Shown in pieces: positions 32,735 to 35,987 of a stretch of 35,987 nucleotides of DNA; positions within the stretch are counted from its first letter, which is position 1, and each line of letters starts with the position of its first letter. The notes beneath the pieces are model-generated. The model was given only the letters and a program-made list of their open reading frames with translations. It searched no databases and was not told where the DNA came from. Source of the stretch: an uncultured Pirellulales bacterium (GTDB taxonomy: Bacteria > Planctomycetota > Phycisphaerae > Sedimentisphaerales > SM23-30); contig CAYNXW010000002.1 in assembly GCA_964401265.1 (NCBI GenBank), positions 1-35,987 of the forward strand, in the 5' to 3' direction. Both the position numbers and the translations under genes were made by a program.

Positions 32735-34273
32735 TTAGACTTGGCAGTCGTCGGAGATGGATTGGGAATCCACGACGATTTGGAAGGCTTCTTGGGGGGG
32801 CGTCTTCGTGCCCTGGCGGCCGAGCAGGTGGGTGCGGACCAAGACGGCCAAGCGAAGAATGGGCCTGAGTGACCGGTGGCAGACGCGGCGTAAGGCAATC
32901 GTACGGCAAAGGCTGGTCCATAGCGGTTGATCGGGAGCGATTTGGGCTGCCCGGAGGGCGTATTTCTGGGCTTGGTCGAAATAACCCAGTTTGAGGTGAA
33001 TATAGGCCAGGTTGTGCAGGGCAGGCAGGTGCTGGGGGTCACGTTCGAGGACTCTGACCGAGAGGTCGGCGCCTTGTTCGAGTAGCCCCGATTGGTAGTA
33101 GCAGAGGCTGAGATTGTGGTAAGGGCGGGGGTCGTCGGGATCGCTTTCGATGGCGCGCTCGAAGCAGGTCATGGCTTCGGCGGTTTGGCCGATCTGTTGG
33201 AGCAGGCAACCCAGATCCAGGAGGACCTCGGGGTGGTTGGTGGCACAGCGAAGTTCGAGAAGGAGATGTTCGCGGGCGTTGGCTTCCTGGCCAAGCAGGA
33301 GGTGGCATTCTCCGAGGCGATAGTGGACGCCGGCCAAGTGGGGATCGAGAGCGGCCGCCTGGTTGAAAGCCTCCAGGGCTTGGGGGAGATTGCTTTCGTG
33401 GAGATAGAACTCGCCAAGGTAGTGGTGGGCCTGTGCGTGTTTGGGGTTAAGTTCGAGGATGCGGTGGAATTTTTCGCGAGCGGCTTCGAGTTCGCTGATT
33501 TCGAGCAGTAGGATGCCTGTATCAAGGAGTGCTTCGACGTCGCCGGGATTGCGTCGCAGTTCCCTCAGAAAGAATTCCTTGGCCTTTTGTGGTTCTCCTT
33601 TGGCCCAATAGGCCTGGGCGATGCGGTAATCGATCGATGGGTGGGTGGGGTCGAGTTTTTTTGTCTGGCGCCAGCACCAGACGGCTCTATCGTACTGTTG
33701 GCGTGAGAAGAGCGAGTTGCCTATGTTGTAGTAGCAGAGAGGGCAGTTTTCTTTGATCTGTCGGGCGAGGTAGAACATTTCCTCGGCCTTGTCGTGTTGG
33801 CCCAGTTCAGCGTAGGTGATGATACGGTTGCAGTATGCCGGTTCGAAGTCGGGCTGGGACAGTTCGATCTGTTCGAAGGTCTCCAGGGCGAGATCGTACT
33901 GTCCGAGACGGGTGTAGTCGATCGCGAGACAGTTTAGAATCTCGCAGTCGTCACCGTCCAGTTCCTGGGCGAGTTTATAGGCTTGGAGAGCTTCCTGATA
34001 ACGTTCGAGCGAGTCGAGGGTGAGCCCTTTGTTGAAGAGCCAATTGGCGTTATGGGGATTGATGTCGATGGCGGCATCGAGTTCCTGCAGCGCCTCGGTG
34101 CAGTTGCCCTGATCGTAGAGTTCGTGGGCATGCTCGGCCCGCCCCTCGGCGTCAGCCCAGTCGCCCCGGTTATAGCTCTCGTAGGTCATGTCTTGCCCGC
34201 CTTTGACTGGGGCTAAAGGGTGTTTATTCCGCATTAGAGGTATCGGCCTGGACTCGGCGGGATTTGAGTCCAT
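32735..34273 (-). CDS. Tetratricopeptide-repeat (TPR) protein
   Basis: 512 aa with at least 10 consecutive 34-residue TPR-like units, e.g. AEHAHELYDQGNCTEALQELDAAIDINPHNANWLFNKGLTLDSLERYQEALQAYKLAQELD and HLPALHNLAYIHLKLGYFDQAQKYALRAAQIAP. Confidence 0.88.
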   Translation of the reverse strand: MDSNPAESRPIPLMRNKHPLAPVKGGQDMTYESYNRGDWADAEGRAEHAHELYDQGNCTEALQELDAAIDINPHNANWLFNKGLTLDSLERYQEALQAYKLAQELDGDDCEILNCLAIDYTRLGQYDLALETFEQIELSQPDFEPAYCNRIITYAELGQHDKAEEMFYLARQIKENCPLCYYNIGNSLFSRQQYDRAVWCWRQTKKLDPTHPSIDYRIAQAYWAKGEPQKAKEFFLRELRRNPGDVEALLDTGILLLEISELEAAREKFHRILELNPKHAQAHHYLGEFYLHESNLPQALEAFNQAAALDPHLAGVHYRLGECHLLLGQEANAREHLLLELRCATNHPEVLLDLGCLLQQIGQTAEAMTCFERAIESDPDDPRPYHNLSLCYYQSGLLEQGADLSVRVLERDPQHLPALHNLAYIHLKLGYFDQAQKYALRAAQIAPDQPLWTSLCRTIALRRVCHRSLRPILRLAVLVRTHLLGRQGTKTPPQEAFQIVVDSQSISDDCQV

Positions 34274-34406
34274 CCCGGACAGGTGCAGAGAAACCGGTTT
34301 GGCAACGGTAATTGGGGGGGTATCAAGGCCGGGGCGTTTTGGTTATCGGCTCTTGGGGAGCTTTGACGTGGTGGTGGAGAGAGGCAGCATGTGGAGGCGG
34401 CGTTGG

Positions 34407-34435
34407 TTGACGGCGGATGGTTGGGGTGCTAGAAT
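34407..34435 (+). promoter_or_regulatory. Candidate sigma-70-type promoter TTGACG-17 nt-(TGc)TAGAAT upstream of the cysteine-desulfurase-like gene
   Basis: TTGACG at 34407-34412, a 17-nt spacer, TAGAAT at 34430-34435, and an extended -10 TG at 34427-34428. This lies ~40 nt upstream of GTG 34475. Sequence match only. Confidence 0.45.
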
Positions 34436-34474
34436 GGCCTTTGGGGAAGGGGGCTGTTAACATAGGAGCATTAC

Positions 34475-35647
34475 GTGGTGGAGCGGTGTTATTTTGACAA
34501 TGCGGCGACGAGTTTTCCCAAGCCAGAGGCCGTGCACGAGGCGATGATGCATTATGCGCGTCAGGTGGGGGCTTCAGCAGGGCGTGGGGCGTATCGGGAA
34601 GCGATTGAGACGGGCCAGATCATTGAGGAGACGCGTCGGCGGATTGCAAGGCTGATAGGGGCAGAGCGGCCCAGTTCGATCATAATGACGTGCAATTGCA
34701 CCGACGGACTCAGTCTGGCGATAAAGGGCATCTTGACAGAGCAAGGCGGCCACGTCGTGACGACGCAGATGGAGCACAATTCCGTGCTGCGTCCCTTGGC
34801 GGCGCTGGCACAGCGTCAGGGGGTCGAGGCAACGTATGTGCGGGCCGATGGCGCCGGGCTGGTGGACCCCGATGAGATTGCACGGGCCGTTCGACCCGAT
34901 ACCAAGCTGATAGCTCTCGTTCACGGAAGCAACGTCTGTGGCAGTGTTCAGCAGGTGGAGGCCGTTGGTCGCCTGGCGCAAGAACGCGGGATTGTCTACC
35001 TGGTGGACGCGGCCCAGACGATAGGCCATCTGCCGGTGGACGTCGAGGCCATGCATGTCGATCTGCTGGCGTTTCCAGGCCACAAGGGGCTGTTGGGACC
35101 TCTGGGGACGGGGGCGCTCTACATCAGGGAGGGACTCGACGAGCGCCTTTGGACGTTGAAGGAAGGGGGGACCGGTAGCAAGAGCGAGGTGCCCCAGCAG
35201 CCCGATTTCATGCCGGACAAGTTTGAGGCGGGCAGTCATAATGCGATCGGGATTGCCGGATTGTGTGCCGGCGTGGGCCATGTGCTGGAACGTGGTGTCG
35301 AGTCCATTCGTGAGCACGAGCGGGCCTTGTGCGAGGCGTTTATGGCGGCGACAGGGTCCGTGGCGGGGCTTAAGGTCTTTGGGCCAACCGATCTCAACAA
35401 GCGGGTGGGGGTCTTCAGTGTCCGTGTAGACGGTTACGATCCTGCGGAGCTGGCGGCCGTCATGGAGGAGCGTTTTGGCGTCTTGACACGTCCGGGGCTT
35501 CATTGTGCGCCGTTCGCCCACCAGGCTTTGGGAACGTTGGATACTGGGGGCACGACGCGGCTGAGCATGGGGCCTTTCCTGACGGTGGAGCAGGTGCACT
35601 ATGCTGCCCAAGCCCTGGTCGAGATTGCTGCTGGGCAATCCGTCTAG
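34475..35647 (+). CDS. Class-V aminotransferase-fold PLP enzyme, cysteine desulfurase-like (SufS/CsdA-type)
   Basis: 390 aa. N-terminus YFDNAATSFPKP. PLP-lysine motif: AFPGHKGLLGPLGTG. C-terminal active-site-type Cys in TRPGLHCAPFAH. GTG 34475 has AGGAG 6 nt upstream (34464-34468). Confidence 0.88.
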   Translation: MVERCYFDNAATSFPKPEAVHEAMMHYARQVGASAGRGAYREAIETGQIIEETRRRIARLIGAERPSSIIMTCNCTDGLSLAIKGILTEQGGHVVTTQMEHNSVLRPLAALAQRQGVEATYVRADGAGLVDPDEIARAVRPDTKLIALVHGSNVCGSVQQVEAVGRLAQERGIVYLVDAAQTIGHLPVDVEAMHVDLLAFPGHKGLLGPLGTGALYIREGLDERLWTLKEGGTGSKSEVPQQPDFMPDKFEAGSHNAIGIAGLCAGVGHVLERGVESIREHERALCEAFMAATGSVAGLKVFGPTDLNKRVGVFSVRVDGYDPAELAAVMEERFGVLTRPGLHCAPFAHQALGTLDTGGTTRLSMGPFLTVEQVHYAAQALVEIAAGQSV

Positions 35648-35675
35648 TATTCTTACGGCGCAGGTGGAGGCAACG

Positions 35676-35969
35676 GTGGGGTTAAGGGCACCCAACTGTC
35701 TGGGCCAGGCTGGCCAGGGGGTGATCGCAGGGAAGGACCAGCCAGGGCTGAAGCCCTTTCTGGCGGTAGCTATGGGGTTGACGAAGCGTGCGGATGTCTT
35801 CGAGCCAGATGAGGGTGGCATAACGGGCTTGGCGGCGGCCACGCCAGAACTCCGGTGGGGCGCAGATCTGATCATTGTAACGGCGTTGGAGGTGCTCAAC
35901 GTCGGTCGGGCTGAGGTCTTCTTGCGAAAGGAGACGCCTTACACGGGCTGCTCCTCTTATCGGACCTGA
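35676..35969 (+). CDS. Possible small hypothetical protein (97 aa); strand assignment unresolved
   Basis: GTG 35676 lies 5 nt after GGTGGAGG (35663-35670) and 29 nt after the preceding stop. The G/A/V/L/E-rich product is typical of + strand genes here. The codon-aligned minus frame (35682..35987, running off the window) is also open, and I cannot exclude it by eye. Confidence 0.3.
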   Translation: MGLRAPNCLGQAGQGVIAGKDQPGLKPFLAVAMGLTKRADVFEPDEGGITGLAAATPELRWGADLIIVTALEVLNVGRAEVFLRKETPYTGCSSYRT

Positions 35970-35987
35970 AGATTGCTTAAGCAGAAT

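Noticed and set aside
34574-35899. Minus-strand ORF of 441 aa
   Set aside because: It is antisense to the well-supported class-V aminotransferase gene. Its product is R/P/Q-rich.
35682-35987. Minus-strand partial ORF running off the right edge (...LSPTDVEHLQRRYNDQICAPPEFWRGRRQARYATLIWLEDIRTLRQ...)
   Set aside because: It is not firmly rejected. It was set aside because its R/Q/L/P-rich composition resembles the antisense artefacts, and because the + frame has a good GGAGG-5 nt-GTG start. See the corresponding finding.
1-35987. Search for CRISPR arrays, tRNA/rRNA genes, transposases/IS ends, integrases, toxin-antitoxin or known defence genes
   Set aside because: I saw no short regularly spaced direct repeats, no T-loop/anticodon-arm architecture and no transposase, integrase or nuclease-like ORF. 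The only repeats are the in-frame module repeats of the giant gene and a few short intergenic elements.

Overview
This 36-kb window is G-rich on the + strand. It most likely comes from a Planctomycetota-like genome; that is an inference from a LEPR-type N-terminus on a giant protein, FGE-sulfatase domain use and sigma-54 regulation. No similarity search was run, so every family call comes from motifs read by eye. Gene order: NRAMP-family metal transporter (-, 3' end runs off the window); secreted FGE-sulfatase-domain/glycoside-hydrolase-like fusion (-); sugar-phosphate isomerase/epimerase TIM barrel (-); small Cys-rich protein (+); rpsO-pnp (+); minimal membrane histidine kinase (+); a 376-nt hairpin-rich spacer; NtrC-type sigma-54 activator (+); 648-aa orphan protein (+); YjfB-like small protein (+); one 17.9-kb ORF (13615/13687..31539, +); D-2-hydroxyacid dehydrogenase (+); TPR protein (-); class-V aminotransferase/cysteine desulfurase (+); and an unresolved terminal ORF. 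The 17.9-kb ORF encodes a ~5,950-5,974-aa hyper-acidic protein with about 34 CARDB-like modules, 4 PPC domains, 4 Ig-like domains and a C-terminal solenoid-like repeat. The most interesting candidate system is the co-directional block 8222..31539 (kinase, sigma-54 activator, orphan, YjfB-like, giant repeat protein), whose regulation, export route and function are not explained by anything recognisable. No rRNA, tRNA, CRISPR array or transposase was found. Nearly all long minus-strand ORFs in the supplied track are antisense artefacts of the strong G-ending codon bias.
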